A program made the translations under genes and the position numbers. Shown here piece after piece: positions 7,586-16,489 of a DNA stretch of 33,518 bases. A model generated the notes under the pieces. That model searched no databases. It was not told where the DNA came from and saw only the letters and a list, made by a program, of their open reading frames with translations. The stretch's first letter is position 1. Every line of letters starts with the position of its first letter. The stretch lies in NCBI GenBank assembly GCA_964551725.1, contig CAZKED010000012.1, forward strand, positions 1-33,518, given 5' to 3'. The stretch comes from an uncultured archaeon. GTDB lineage: Archaea > Iainarchaeota > Iainarchaeia > Iainarchaeales > DTGL01.

Positions 7586-9724
7586 TCACCGCCTGAAAGG
7601 GTTCAGCACTGAACCGCTTGCCGCGACAATGAGGAAAAGGATGGCGAAAAGCGAGAGGGGGAGAACGGAGTGAATGCCTGCGGGCAGCGCGGCAAAACCG
7701 GTTGCGGGCACTTGGCTCCGGCTTTCCTCCGCACGGGGCGCTTCAGCTGAAAGCGGTTCCGCCGAAGCGTCTTCCGCGGCCTCCGCGCGCGAGCGCAGTT
7801 TCACGGGATTGCCGTTGAAGAAATTAATCCTTTCCTCTCCCTCCGCGTTCCAAAAGACGAGGATTTTTTCGCCTTCCCCGAGCAGCTCGCAAGCGCTGTG
7901 CTCAAATTCCAGTTCTTGGGCGGAAAGAACTTCCGCAACGCCGCTGTAAAGTGCCTGCTCTGAATTCAGCTCAAGGATTGAGAAATCCAGCGAGGGAGGG
8001 GAAAAATTTTCATCGGGAAAGGAAAACGAGCATTTTTCCCCCTCTCTATGCGGAGCAGCGGAAGGGCTGGGCGATGGGCTTGGAGAGGGTGAAGGAGACG
8101 GCGACGGGGGCGGGGAGGGACTTGGAGAGGGAGAGGGCGACGGGCTCGGGGAAGGCGTTTTCTTCGGTCTCGCGTAAGAGCCGCCTCCCCCGCCTCCGCC
8201 TCCCGCTGGGGACTGCGGCGCCGGTTTCGGGGTCGGCGCCGGAGCGGAAGCGGGAGGAATTTCCTCTATTGTGAATGAAAGTGTTTCTTCAGCGGAATTC
8301 CCTGCATTGTCTTCCGCGAAGACGGAAAGCGAATGCTTGCCTATTTCGAGGTCATTGAAGCCGAATTGCGTTTTTCCGTTTGCGTCAGCCCGTTCCAGGG
8401 AGTCGAGACTGAAGTGAACAGAGGAAATTCCCGAAGAGTCGGCTGCAGTGAATTCGAGAAAAATGTTTCTGTCGGTTGTGGTGAAATTTTCTTCCGGGTA
8501 GAGAATTTCAACCTGCGGCGGGGAGTTGTCCACCGCGAAATGCGGGGAAAGAATGCCCGCAATGGAAAAAGTGTCGCTTACCGCAAGTTCCAGAAAATAA
8601 TTTCCGTCTTCCAGTTCCTGCAGGGGAACAACGCAGTTCTGCGGGGTCGCGGAATTCGAATCGGAATCGCATTCATTCAAATCTATTTCCCCGCTCAGGG
8701 CGGGCGAGTTTTCATCTCCCAGCACCGAAAACTTTCCGTGAAGCGGCTGCCATTCGTCTTCCTCGCTGAAAGAAAACTCCAGGAACTGGTTTTCCTTTGC
8801 AATGCTGAGCAGCGAGTTTTCCTGCGGGAAAATTATTTCCGCGCCGGGCGCGCGGTTTATTGGAACCCATTCACTGGAGGGAACCGCGCGGACTTCTTTC
8901 ACCTGGGAAACTCTGTTCATTGAAATTCTGTTAGTGAAAGGCGTATCGGTGTTGCAGTAGGGCTGCCTCTCCTCAAGGAGGGAAATTCCCAGAAAAAATT
9001 CTTTTTCCAGCGACTTCCCGCAAGGAATCTGCGCCGGGGAAAAGGAAAAAGAGTCATTGAGTTCCGAGGGCGTGGAAGCGTGAGCGGAAAAAAAGGTGAA
9101 AGTGTTTCCCTGCCCGTCCCTGGCAAAAGCCGAGGCGGAAACGGAAATGCATTCATTCCTGGTGGAGCCTGTTTTCAGCGAGAGGGAAAAGAAAGCGTTG
9201 AAGTCTTTTTCGGAGGAAAAAGCGCGCTGTGTGAGCGAGGTTGCTTCTGCGGAACCCGGGGCAACCGACTGGATGTTTTCTATTGAAATTACTGAACCTG
9301 ACGTGAAGGCGGAGAGCGACCCTTCAGAGGAAGCAGTGCCCTGCATTTCCACTCCGAATTCTCGGGGATTAGGCGAATAGCTCGCAAGGGGCTCGAAGGG
9401 CTTGACGCATTTCCTGACAAGGGAATAGCGCGTTTCTTTTTCCCGCGCCGGCAGCGGTTCAGCGAGGTTGAATTTCAGGAGAAGGGAATTTTCATCCGCA
9501 ACGGAAGAGAAGGGAATTGTTTTTTTCCCGAAAGCGACCGCAACGCATTCTTCTCCTGAACCCTGCAATGAAACAACGGCGGTGTCTCCAGCGAGCAGGT
9601 CTTCCCCTGAAAAAATTTCGAACTGCATTCTTTCCCTGAAGTTGTGGATTGATGTAGCGTGGAGCACGGGGTTGGAGAGGAACAGGAAGAGGAAAAGGAA
9701 TGCAGTGAATGCGACAACCCTCAT
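7586..9724 (-). CDS. Secreted, membrane-anchored surface protein with Ig-like domains and a Pro/Ser stalk
   Basis: N-terminal hydrophobic signal; Ig-like segments (LEDGNYFLELAVSD, VDNSPPQVEILYP, GKHSLSVFAEDNAGN); poly-Gly and (PS)n linker; C-terminal PATGF + TM helix + RR. Confidence 0.8.
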   Translation of the reverse strand: MRVVAFTAFLFLFLFLSNPVLHATSIHNFRERMQFEIFSGEDLLAGDTAVVSLQGSGEECVAVAFGKKTIPFSSVADENSLLLKFNLAEPLPAREKETRYSLVRKCVKPFEPLASYSPNPREFGVEMQGTASSEGSLSAFTSGSVISIENIQSVAPGSAEATSLTQRAFSSEKDFNAFFSLSLKTGSTRNECISVSASAFARDGQGNTFTFFSAHASTPSELNDSFSFSPAQIPCGKSLEKEFFLGISLLEERQPYCNTDTPFTNRISMNRVSQVKEVRAVPSSEWVPINRAPGAEIIFPQENSLLSIAKENQFLEFSFSEEDEWQPLHGKFSVLGDENSPALSGEIDLNECDSDSNSATPQNCVVPLQELEDGNYFLELAVSDTFSIAGILSPHFAVDNSPPQVEILYPEENFTTTDRNIFLEFTAADSSGISSVHFSLDSLERADANGKTQFGFNDLEIGKHSLSVFAEDNAGNSAEETLSFTIEEIPPASAPAPTPKPAPQSPAGGGGGGGGSYARPKKTPSPSPSPSPSPSPSPPPSPSPSPSPSPSPSPSAAPHREGEKCSFSFPDENFSPPSLDFSILELNSEQALYSGVAEVLSAQELEFEHSACELLGEGEKILVFWNAEGEERINFFNGNPVKLRSRAEAAEDASAEPLSAEAPRAEESRSQVPATGFAALPAGIHSVLPLSLFAILFLIVAASGSVLNPFRR
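8060..8155 (-). repeat. (Pro-Ser)n coding repeat, 32 aa, synonymously diversified
   Basis: Translates to PS x7, PP, PS x8; the hexamer units use varied codons. Confidence 0.9.
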
Positions 9725-9853
9725 AGCAGGAGAATTCGGCTCGGAAAAACTTTAAAAAACTCGCTTAATTCAACCGCAGGGTTCAATTGGAAGCAATAAT
9801 TCAATTTAATAAGTTTTTTCCCTTACTCTTTGAGGGTACTCCGAGGGAAAAAA

Positions 9854-11821
9854 ATGGGCAGAGAAAAAAAAGCAAAACTTAAATGCGGGCTGGAAGTGCA
9901 CCAGCAGTTGGATACAGGGAAACTGTTCTGCAGGTGCCCCTCGCTTCTCAGGGAAGGAGAGGCGGATTTTACGTTTGAAAGGAAACTCAGACCTGTTGCA
10001 TCGGAGCTCGGGGAATTCGATGCAGCGGCACTGGAGCAGTTCAATCGCGGCTATTCCTACGAGTATCGCGCTTTTAATGACTGCTGCTGTCTGGTGGAAT
10101 GCGACGAGGAACCGCCGGAACAGCCGGACGGGGAAGCGCTTGAAACCGCATTGCAAATTGCACTGCTCTGCCATTCCACCGTTCCCAGCGAGCTAGTTGC
10201 AATGAGGAAAACAGTTATTGACGGCTCTAATACATCAGGATTCCAGAGAACAATGCTGGTCGCGGAAGGCGGCTTCATTGAAGTGAAAGGGAAAAAAATC
10301 GGCGTGCAGACAGTAGTGCTCGAAGAGGACGCCTCAAGACCGGTTGAAAAAACCGCGGACAAAATAGTGTACAGCCTTGACAGGCAGGGCATTCCGTTGA
10401 TCGAGCTTGCCACCGCGCCCGAAATTGAAACGCCCCAAGAAGCAAAGGAATGCGCTGCAAAAATAGGCGAGTTAATGCGCCGCACATGCAGGGCGAAGCG
10501 CGGGCTTGGCTCGATAAGGCAGGACCTGAACATAAGCATTGAAGGGGGAGCGCGCATTGAACTCAAGGGAGTGCAGGAACTGGAACTGATTGACGTTTTC
10601 GTGGAAAGGGAAATGAAAAGGCAGTCAGCGCTGCTGGAAATAAGGGGTGAACTCGAAAAAAGGAAGGTGCGCGGAGTTAAGACGAAAGCCGTTGACATCA
10701 GCGGGGAATTCAAAAAAACGGAATGCAAAATAATTGCTGCCGGAACAAAACAGGGAAAGAAAGCATTCGCCCTCATGCTTGAGGGCTTTTCCGGGATTCT
10801 TGGGCGGGAATTGCAGCCCGGGAGGCGCTTTGGCACAGAACTCGCTGATTACATAAAAGCAAGGCACGGTATTCCGGGACTTTTCCACAGCGACGAGCTT
10901 CCCAAATACGGATTCTCGCAGGGGGAAGTGGAAAGAGTGCGCGGGATTCTCGGATGCCGCAAAAATGACGCATTCGTAATCGTGGTGGCGGAAAAGGAAA
11001 AAGCGGGAAATGCAATGGAAACGATTGCGGAGAGATGCAGAATGGCAATCGACGGCGTTCCGGAGGAAACAAGGAACGCGCTGGAGGGAGGCAATTCATG
11101 CTATTCAAGGCCGCTGCCCGGCGCTGCGCGCATGTATCCGGAAACCGATTTGAAAACAGTGCCGGTGGGCAGAAAGCAGCTCGAAGAACTCGGGAAGAAA
11201 CTTCCGCTCACCGTGAAAGAGAGGGAGGAACTCTACAAAAAATGGGGGCTGAGCGGCAAACTCGCAGGGGAAATGAAGCTGAGCAACTGGGCGTGCTTTT
11301 TTGAGAGAATGCTAGAAAAGGGCTATAACGCCACAACGGTTGCAGCGCTTCTGCTTGACGGGTTCAACAAACTCGAAAGAAACGGTTTTCAAGTGAGTTT
11401 GGTTACGGAACCCGAACTAACAGAATTATTCGAAGCGGATAAAAAAGAACCCCTGGGAAAAGAGAAGTTAATTGAGGCAATTCAAAGACTTATCACAAAA
11501 AAAAGAGGGGGAATCTTCCATCAAAAGGTTTTAAGCGATAGTTATAAGGTAGGGGAAAGCTCAGAACTTACTTTGAAGCTGCACGAACCAGTGATTGAAA
11601 TTATCTCAGATTTATCTGCTAAAAAAGCCAGTAAAGAAGAAATGGAAAGGGTAATCCATGGCATCATTGAGAGGAATGAGAAGCTTATCAGGGAGAAGGG
11701 CGAATATGCAGCAAAGGCGCTGATGGGCGAAGCAATGAAAGAGCTCAGGGGAAAAGCAGACGGAAGCATGGTTGCAGGAATCCTCCGGAGGGAAGTGAAA
11801 AAAATCGCAAAAAAAGATTAA
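9854..11821 (+). CDS. gatE: Glu-tRNA(Gln) amidotransferase subunit E
   Basis: KCGLEVHQQLDTGKLFC, DEEPP, RKTVIDGSNTSGFQRT, LDRQGIPLIE, RGLGSIRQD, AspRS-like insert with FHSDELP, RPLPGAARMYPETD, C-terminal YqeY-like MGEAMKELRGKADG. Confidence 0.96.
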   Translation: MGREKKAKLKCGLEVHQQLDTGKLFCRCPSLLREGEADFTFERKLRPVASELGEFDAAALEQFNRGYSYEYRAFNDCCCLVECDEEPPEQPDGEALETALQIALLCHSTVPSELVAMRKTVIDGSNTSGFQRTMLVAEGGFIEVKGKKIGVQTVVLEEDASRPVEKTADKIVYSLDRQGIPLIELATAPEIETPQEAKECAAKIGELMRRTCRAKRGLGSIRQDLNISIEGGARIELKGVQELELIDVFVEREMKRQSALLEIRGELEKRKVRGVKTKAVDISGEFKKTECKIIAAGTKQGKKAFALMLEGFSGILGRELQPGRRFGTELADYIKARHGIPGLFHSDELPKYGFSQGEVERVRGILGCRKNDAFVIVVAEKEKAGNAMETIAERCRMAIDGVPEETRNALEGGNSCYSRPLPGAARMYPETDLKTVPVGRKQLEELGKKLPLTVKEREELYKKWGLSGKLAGEMKLSNWACFFERMLEKGYNATTVAALLLDGFNKLERNGFQVSLVTEPELTELFEADKKEPLGKEKLIEAIQRLITKKRGGIFHQKVLSDSYKVGESSELTLKLHEPVIEIISDLSAKKASKEEMERVIHGIIERNEKLIREKGEYAAKALMGEAMKELRGKADGSMVAGILRREVKKIAKKD

Positions 11822-11886
11822 CTTATACATAACAAGCGGGCGGCGGAAGGCATAAAAAGGAAGAAAAAATAAGAATATGTGGTAAA

Positions 11887-13083
11887 ATGAGGGGAATTGA
11901 AATCTCTCTTGGAAATGCGAAAATGAAAAAGCCCTCTCCCGCGCTTGAGAGGAAAATGGAGTGCCGGGAGCCGGAATTTGCGCTGCACCGACCGCCCTTC
12001 GGGGAAATTGTGGATTACAGAAAAAAATTCCGAAAGCTGAAAAATATTGTGGTAATAGGGAACGGCGGCTCAGTCACGAGCTTTCAGGCACTGCACGGAG
12101 CACTGGCGGAAAAAAGCGGAAAGCGAGCAACAGTGCTCAGCACAATGGAGCCCTTCCGCGTAACGCGGGTGAAAAAGGAAAACCCAAGGGCGAATACGCT
12201 CGTGATGCCTGTTTCGAAGAGCGGGAACAACACTGACATGCTGGAAGCATCGCTGCAATTCCTCGATTACAGAATGCTCGCGGTCACCGGCGGCGGGGCG
12301 CTCGGAAAAATCGCCGGAATAAAAGGCATTCCCGTAATTGAGCATCCTGATATAGCGGGCAGGTTTTCGGGAATGACCGCCTCGGCGCTCGCTCCCGCGG
12401 GAATCTGCGGGCTTCCCGTGAAGGAAATGTTCAGGGGGGCGCGGAAATGCTACAGGGGGTGTGCCCCATCGGTTGAATTCCGGGCGAATGATGCTAAAAA
12501 ACTGGCTTTTGCCCTCTACGGCTGGGAGAGGCGCGGGTTCACGGAAATATTCATGCCCGTGTACAGTTCCAGGTTGTCTGAATTCCTGCCACTGGCGGGG
12601 CAGTTGGTGCACGAAACGCTGGGAAAGAAGGGAAAGGGGCTTTCGCTGCTCGCGGGCGAGGCACCGGAAGCGCAGCACCACACGCTGCAGAGGGTGTTCG
12701 GCGGCAGGAGAAATGCGGGCATTCTCTTCCTGCGGGAGGAAAAATTCAGGGAAAAAATGAGGCTCAAAGTACCCAGGGAAATCCGGAGGGTGAAACTGCA
12801 TCATTCATTCCTGAAATCCCTAGATGGGCTGCCCTGCGAGAAATCCCTCGAGTTTGATTTTCTCGGGGTGCAAAAAACAGCGAAAGGAAAGGGAATACCG
12901 AGCGCGGAAATCCGCGTGGAGAGGGTTTCCGCAGAAAGTGTTGGTTCGCTGCTTGCTTTCCTCCAGTATTTTGCCTTTTATTCCGCTTTGCTCCGTGGAG
13001 TGAATGCCTTCAACCAGCCCAGCGTGGAGAAGAGCAAAAAAACCAGTTTTGAAATGAGAAAACATTTCGCGGGAAAAAAATGA
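11887..13083 (+). CDS. pgi: Glucose-6-phosphate isomerase (compact PGI family)
   Basis: VIGNGGS, SKSG, GRFS, QLVHETLGK, QH, FNQPSVEKSK; catalytic Glu/His/Lys positions present. Confidence 0.85.
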   Translation: MRGIEISLGNAKMKKPSPALERKMECREPEFALHRPPFGEIVDYRKKFRKLKNIVVIGNGGSVTSFQALHGALAEKSGKRATVLSTMEPFRVTRVKKENPRANTLVMPVSKSGNNTDMLEASLQFLDYRMLAVTGGGALGKIAGIKGIPVIEHPDIAGRFSGMTASALAPAGICGLPVKEMFRGARKCYRGCAPSVEFRANDAKKLAFALYGWERRGFTEIFMPVYSSRLSEFLPLAGQLVHETLGKKGKGLSLLAGEAPEAQHHTLQRVFGGRRNAGILFLREEKFREKMRLKVPREIRRVKLHHSFLKSLDGLPCEKSLEFDFLGVQKTAKGKGIPSAEIRVERVSAESVGSLLAFLQYFAFYSALLRGVNAFNQPSVEKSKKTSFEMRKHFAGKK

Positions 13084-14390
13084 ATGCAATAGGAATAGAC
13101 CTCGGAGGAAGCAAAACCCTGGCAGTGCTCTTGAACAGCGGGGGGAAAGTATTGAGAATGGGCAGAATCCCGAGCAGTTTCCGCTCCAAAAAAGAATGCG
13201 TTGAAAAAATTTCCTCGCTCATTGAAACTGTTGCTGGCGGGAAGGAATTCAGCGGAATTTGCGTGGCATCAAGGGGGTTCATCGACAGGAGAAAAGGGGA
13301 AATAAAAGGGGACGTTCTTTTTCCTTTCCTCTCGGGAATGAATTTCAGGAAAGAACTTTCCCGGAAATTCCGGGGCAAGAGAATTCTGGTTGAGAACGAC
13401 TCCAACTGCTTTGTGTTCGCGGAGCACTGCTTTGGCTCGGCAAAGGGAATGAAGAACGTTGTCGGACTGACGCTTGGAACGGGAATAGGCGGGGGAATTA
13501 TCGCTGACGGAAAGCTTTACCTGGGAAAAGGGAGCGCTGCGGAAATAGGGCACATGGTTATTGATTTTCGTGGAAGAAAAAAATTCAAGGCGGGAAGGAA
13601 AGGAAGCGTTGAATCCCTGGCGAACGCAAGCGCTGTACTCAAAAGGGCAAGGGAAAAGGGGCTCAGGGCAGGGGATTCGAAGGAGCTGTTGGAGCTTGCC
13701 CGCAGAGGAAACAAAACCGCGGAAAAGGCATGGGAGGAATGCGGAAGAGAACTCGGAATAGGTCTTGCAAACATAGTGTGCATTTTTGACCCCGAAGCAA
13801 TTGTAATAGGTGGGGGGTTGGCGAATGCATGGGATGAGTTTGTCAAACCCGCGGTAAAAAAAATGAAGAAAGAACTCCTGGAAAAAAGCGAAGTGAAAGT
13901 GAAAAAGGCGCAGTTTGTCGAAATCGGCGCCGCAGTTGGCGCTGCACACTGGCTTTTGTCCGAGGAAAGCAGGAAATTCTGGAAGAAAAAAAGGCCGTTG
14001 TTTGCTGTCGATGCGGTTATAAAGTATTTTGATAGGGGAAAATTCAAGGGACTAGTGCTCGTGGACAGGAAAAAATTCCCCTACGGCTGGTCGCTGCCCG
14101 GAGGAATAGTGGAGTACGGCGAAACCGCGGAAGAGGCGATGGTGCGGGAGGCGAGGGAGGAAACAGGGCTGAAAATCAAAATCGAGAGGCAGTTCCGCAC
14201 TTACTCCTCGCCGAAGAGGGATCCGCGCTACCATACTGTTTCACTGGCTTTTGTTGCAAGGGCTAGCGGAAAACTCAGGGCGGGAAGCGACGCCCGCTCC
14301 GCGGAGGTATTCTCCCTAAAAAAAATTCCGAAAAATCTGTGCTTTTCCCACGGAAAAGTAGTAAGGGAAGCCGGGAAATTCCTGAAATAA
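13080..14390 (+). CDS. ROK-family sugar kinase fused to a C-terminal Nudix hydrolase (ADP-ribose pyrophosphatase-like)
   Basis: ROK: IGIDLGGSK, ENDSN, LTLGTGIGGGII, EIGHM, DPEAIVIGGG. Nudix box GGIVEYGETAEEAMVREAREETGL, then RDPR and AGSDA. ATGA overlap with pgi. Confidence 0.9.
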   Translation: MNAIGIDLGGSKTLAVLLNSGGKVLRMGRIPSSFRSKKECVEKISSLIETVAGGKEFSGICVASRGFIDRRKGEIKGDVLFPFLSGMNFRKELSRKFRGKRILVENDSNCFVFAEHCFGSAKGMKNVVGLTLGTGIGGGIIADGKLYLGKGSAAEIGHMVIDFRGRKKFKAGRKGSVESLANASAVLKRAREKGLRAGDSKELLELARRGNKTAEKAWEECGRELGIGLANIVCIFDPEAIVIGGGLANAWDEFVKPAVKKMKKELLEKSEVKVKKAQFVEIGAAVGAAHWLLSEESRKFWKKKRPLFAVDAVIKYFDRGKFKGLVLVDRKKFPYGWSLPGGIVEYGETAEEAMVREAREETGLKIKIERQFRTYSSPKRDPRYHTVSLAFVARASGKLRAGSDARSAEVFSLKKIPKNLCFSHGKVVREAGKFLK

Positions 14391-14406
14391 AGGGTGCGGA
14401 GCCCCT

Positions 14407-15315
14407 CTACTTATAGTATTCAATCAGTTTTTCTATTCCTTCGTCCAGTTGAATGCCTGCCTTGAAGCCCAGTTCCTTTTCACTTTTTTTTGTGTCCGCG
14501 CGGGTGTGCTGGACGTAATTTTTTATTTTGTTTTCAACGTACTCTGGTTTTACCCTGGAGCCGAGTTTTTCGTTGAGTTTGCCTACCAACTCGTTCAGCG
14601 AATAGTTTTTTCCCGTTCCTATATTGTAGATTCCGGCGGGCTTTCCTTTTTCCAGCGCGCGGATTATTCCTTTTACTACGTCGGAAACGTAAATGAAGTC
14701 CCTTGTCTGCGTTCCGTCGCCGAAAATAACCGGAGCGATGCCCTTCTTCATTCCGAGCAGGAATTGCGTTACAAGGTTTGCATACTTGCCTTTTGCTTTT
14801 TCCCTTGGACCATAAACGCTGAAAAACCTCAGTGCAACGGAGTCCAGGGAGTGCATGCGGCTGTATAAAAGGGCGAGCCTTTCCATTGCAATCCTTACCT
14901 CAGTGTAGTAATCTGTTACTTTTATTTCCATGTTCTCGCGGTGCGGCGGGTTGAGGCCGTTGTAAACGGAGGATGAGGAAGCCCACACGACCTTTATGTT
15001 GTTCTTGTAGGAGTATTCAAACAATTCAATTGCCTCGGATATCGCCTTTCCCACCAGGGCGGGATTTTCCTTGTACATTGGAGCGGAGGAATAGATTCCG
15101 AGGTGGAAAATTGCGTCAATTCCCGAAAGACCCAACTTTGAAATTTTTCCGGCATCTGATTCAATGAGGTTTATTTTTCCGATGAAATCCGAGAGGTTTT
15201 CCCTAGAGCCGGTGTGGAAGTTATCTATTACTGTAACGTCGTGCCCTTCCCTGACCAGCCTCTCGGTTAAATTGCTTCCAATGAATCCCGCTCCGCCGGT
15301 TACAACGCATTTCAT
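14407..15315 (-). CDS. NAD-dependent epimerase/dehydratase (extended SDR)
   Basis: VTGGAGFIGS, ASSSSVY, LRFFSVYGP, GDGTQTRDFIYVSDVV, YNIGTG. Confidence 0.92.
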   Translation of the reverse strand: MKCVVTGGAGFIGSNLTERLVREGHDVTVIDNFHTGSRENLSDFIGKINLIESDAGKISKLGLSGIDAIFHLGIYSSAPMYKENPALVGKAISEAIELFEYSYKNNIKVVWASSSSVYNGLNPPHRENMEIKVTDYYTEVRIAMERLALLYSRMHSLDSVALRFFSVYGPREKAKGKYANLVTQFLLGMKKGIAPVIFGDGTQTRDFIYVSDVVKGIIRALEKGKPAGIYNIGTGKNYSLNELVGKLNEKLGSRVKPEYVENKIKNYVQHTRADTKKSEKELGFKAGIQLDEGIEKLIEYYK

Positions 15316-15425
15316 TCACAACACCAAAAAGCACTCTTTATTATATATTTAACAAAAAGCGTTAAAATTATAAACTGCCACTGCACTAACTTCTTATACT
15401 GCCTTCAAGCATATTTGGTGAGAGA

Positions 15426-16262
15426 ATGATTACTGAACTGCACTGCCACTCGCATTACTCGCGCGGCAGGAAAATTCAAGTGGAGGGACTGAATTCCCCG
15501 AAAGAAATAGTGGAATACGCGGACGGAATAGGGCTGGACGCGGTGGCAATAACGGACCACGACGAATTCAAGGGGGCAGTGGAAGCGGAACTCGCTGCAA
15601 GGAAACTGGACATCACTGTAATAAAGGGGGAGGAAATCTCCACGAAACAGGGGCACTTGATCGGACTGGGGCTGAGCGAGTTTATTCCGCCGGGAATGAG
15701 CGCGGAACTTACAATCGATTTCATTAAAAGCCAGGGCGGCGTTACAGTTGCACCGCATCCCTTCGACCTGAACAACAAGGGAATAGGGGAGCACGCGAAA
15801 AAATGCGATGCAGTGGAAGCATTCAATGCAATAAACCTCGACAGGATTTCCAACATTAAAGCCACAAGTTTCTGCGAAAAAAACTCCCTTCCGATGGTTG
15901 CGGGATCGGACGCTCACTGGAACCTTATGCTCGGATACGGTCTCACAAGGGCGAAAACCCAGGGAAAAGATGAGGAGGCACTGCTCAAGGCGGTAAGGAA
16001 AGGGCGGATTGAAGCCGGAGGCAAATACGTTCCCGTAAAAACGATACAGACCTGGTCGCTTATAAGAATGAAGCGTTCCTACCAGCCGCTGCTCGAATAC
16101 ATTTCCGGGAATTACTCCCAGCCAAAGCGCTTCTTGAGCAAAAGACTCCTGTATCTCACCAAGAGGAGCCCGGGAAAAATAGACTATTTCTTCAAGGGGC
16201 TTGCCTACGCGGGGCTGGCGGGAGCCGTGCTCTACGGTTCGGTAAAGCACGCCGCAAAATAA
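15426..16262 (+). CDS. PHP-family metal-dependent phosphoesterase with C-terminal extension
   Basis: LHCHSHYS, ITDHD, GEEIST, GHL, APHPF, VEAFN, GSDAH. Confidence 0.9.
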   Translation: MITELHCHSHYSRGRKIQVEGLNSPKEIVEYADGIGLDAVAITDHDEFKGAVEAELAARKLDITVIKGEEISTKQGHLIGLGLSEFIPPGMSAELTIDFIKSQGGVTVAPHPFDLNNKGIGEHAKKCDAVEAFNAINLDRISNIKATSFCEKNSLPMVAGSDAHWNLMLGYGLTRAKTQGKDEEALLKAVRKGRIEAGGKYVPVKTIQTWSLIRMKRSYQPLLEYISGNYSQPKRFLSKRLLYLTKRSPGKIDYFFKGLAYAGLAGAVLYGSVKHAAK

Positions 16263-16264
16263 AA

Positions 16265-16477
16265 TCAAACCATTCCTTTCGCGGACTTGCGCATTGTGCG
16301 CATGCATTTCTTGTGCCAGTACTGCCCCGCCCATTTCTTCTCGCAGCCCGTTGCACCGCACAAAGCGCAGGTTTCATTGGGGTACTTTGCGTCCACGTAT
16401 TCGATTTTTTCCCTTTTATCTCCTGCTCCGGGCTCTTTCCCGGGAACGATTTTTCTCAAGGAATCCTTAAAACCCAT
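16265..16477 (-). CDS. Small zinc-finger protein (CxxC...HxxC), 70 aa
   Basis: CALC...WHKKC; ATG 12 bp after the purH stop with a GGACGTGA RBS; fills the gap to the PHP gene exactly. Confidence 0.7.
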   Translation of the reverse strand: MGFKDSLRKIVPGKEPGAGDKREKIEYVDAKYPNETCALCGATGCEKKWAGQYWHKKCMRTMRKSAKGMV

Positions 16478-16489
16478 TTTTTCACGTCC

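Noticed and set aside
8060-8155. Tandem repeat as a contingency locus or non-coding array
   Set aside because: Units are synonymously diversified and in frame; it is a protein-level PS linker.
11340-11660. Intein or DGR variable region in gatE
   Set aside because: Too short, with no intein terminal motifs (C/S...HN); no template repeat or reverse transcriptase in the window.
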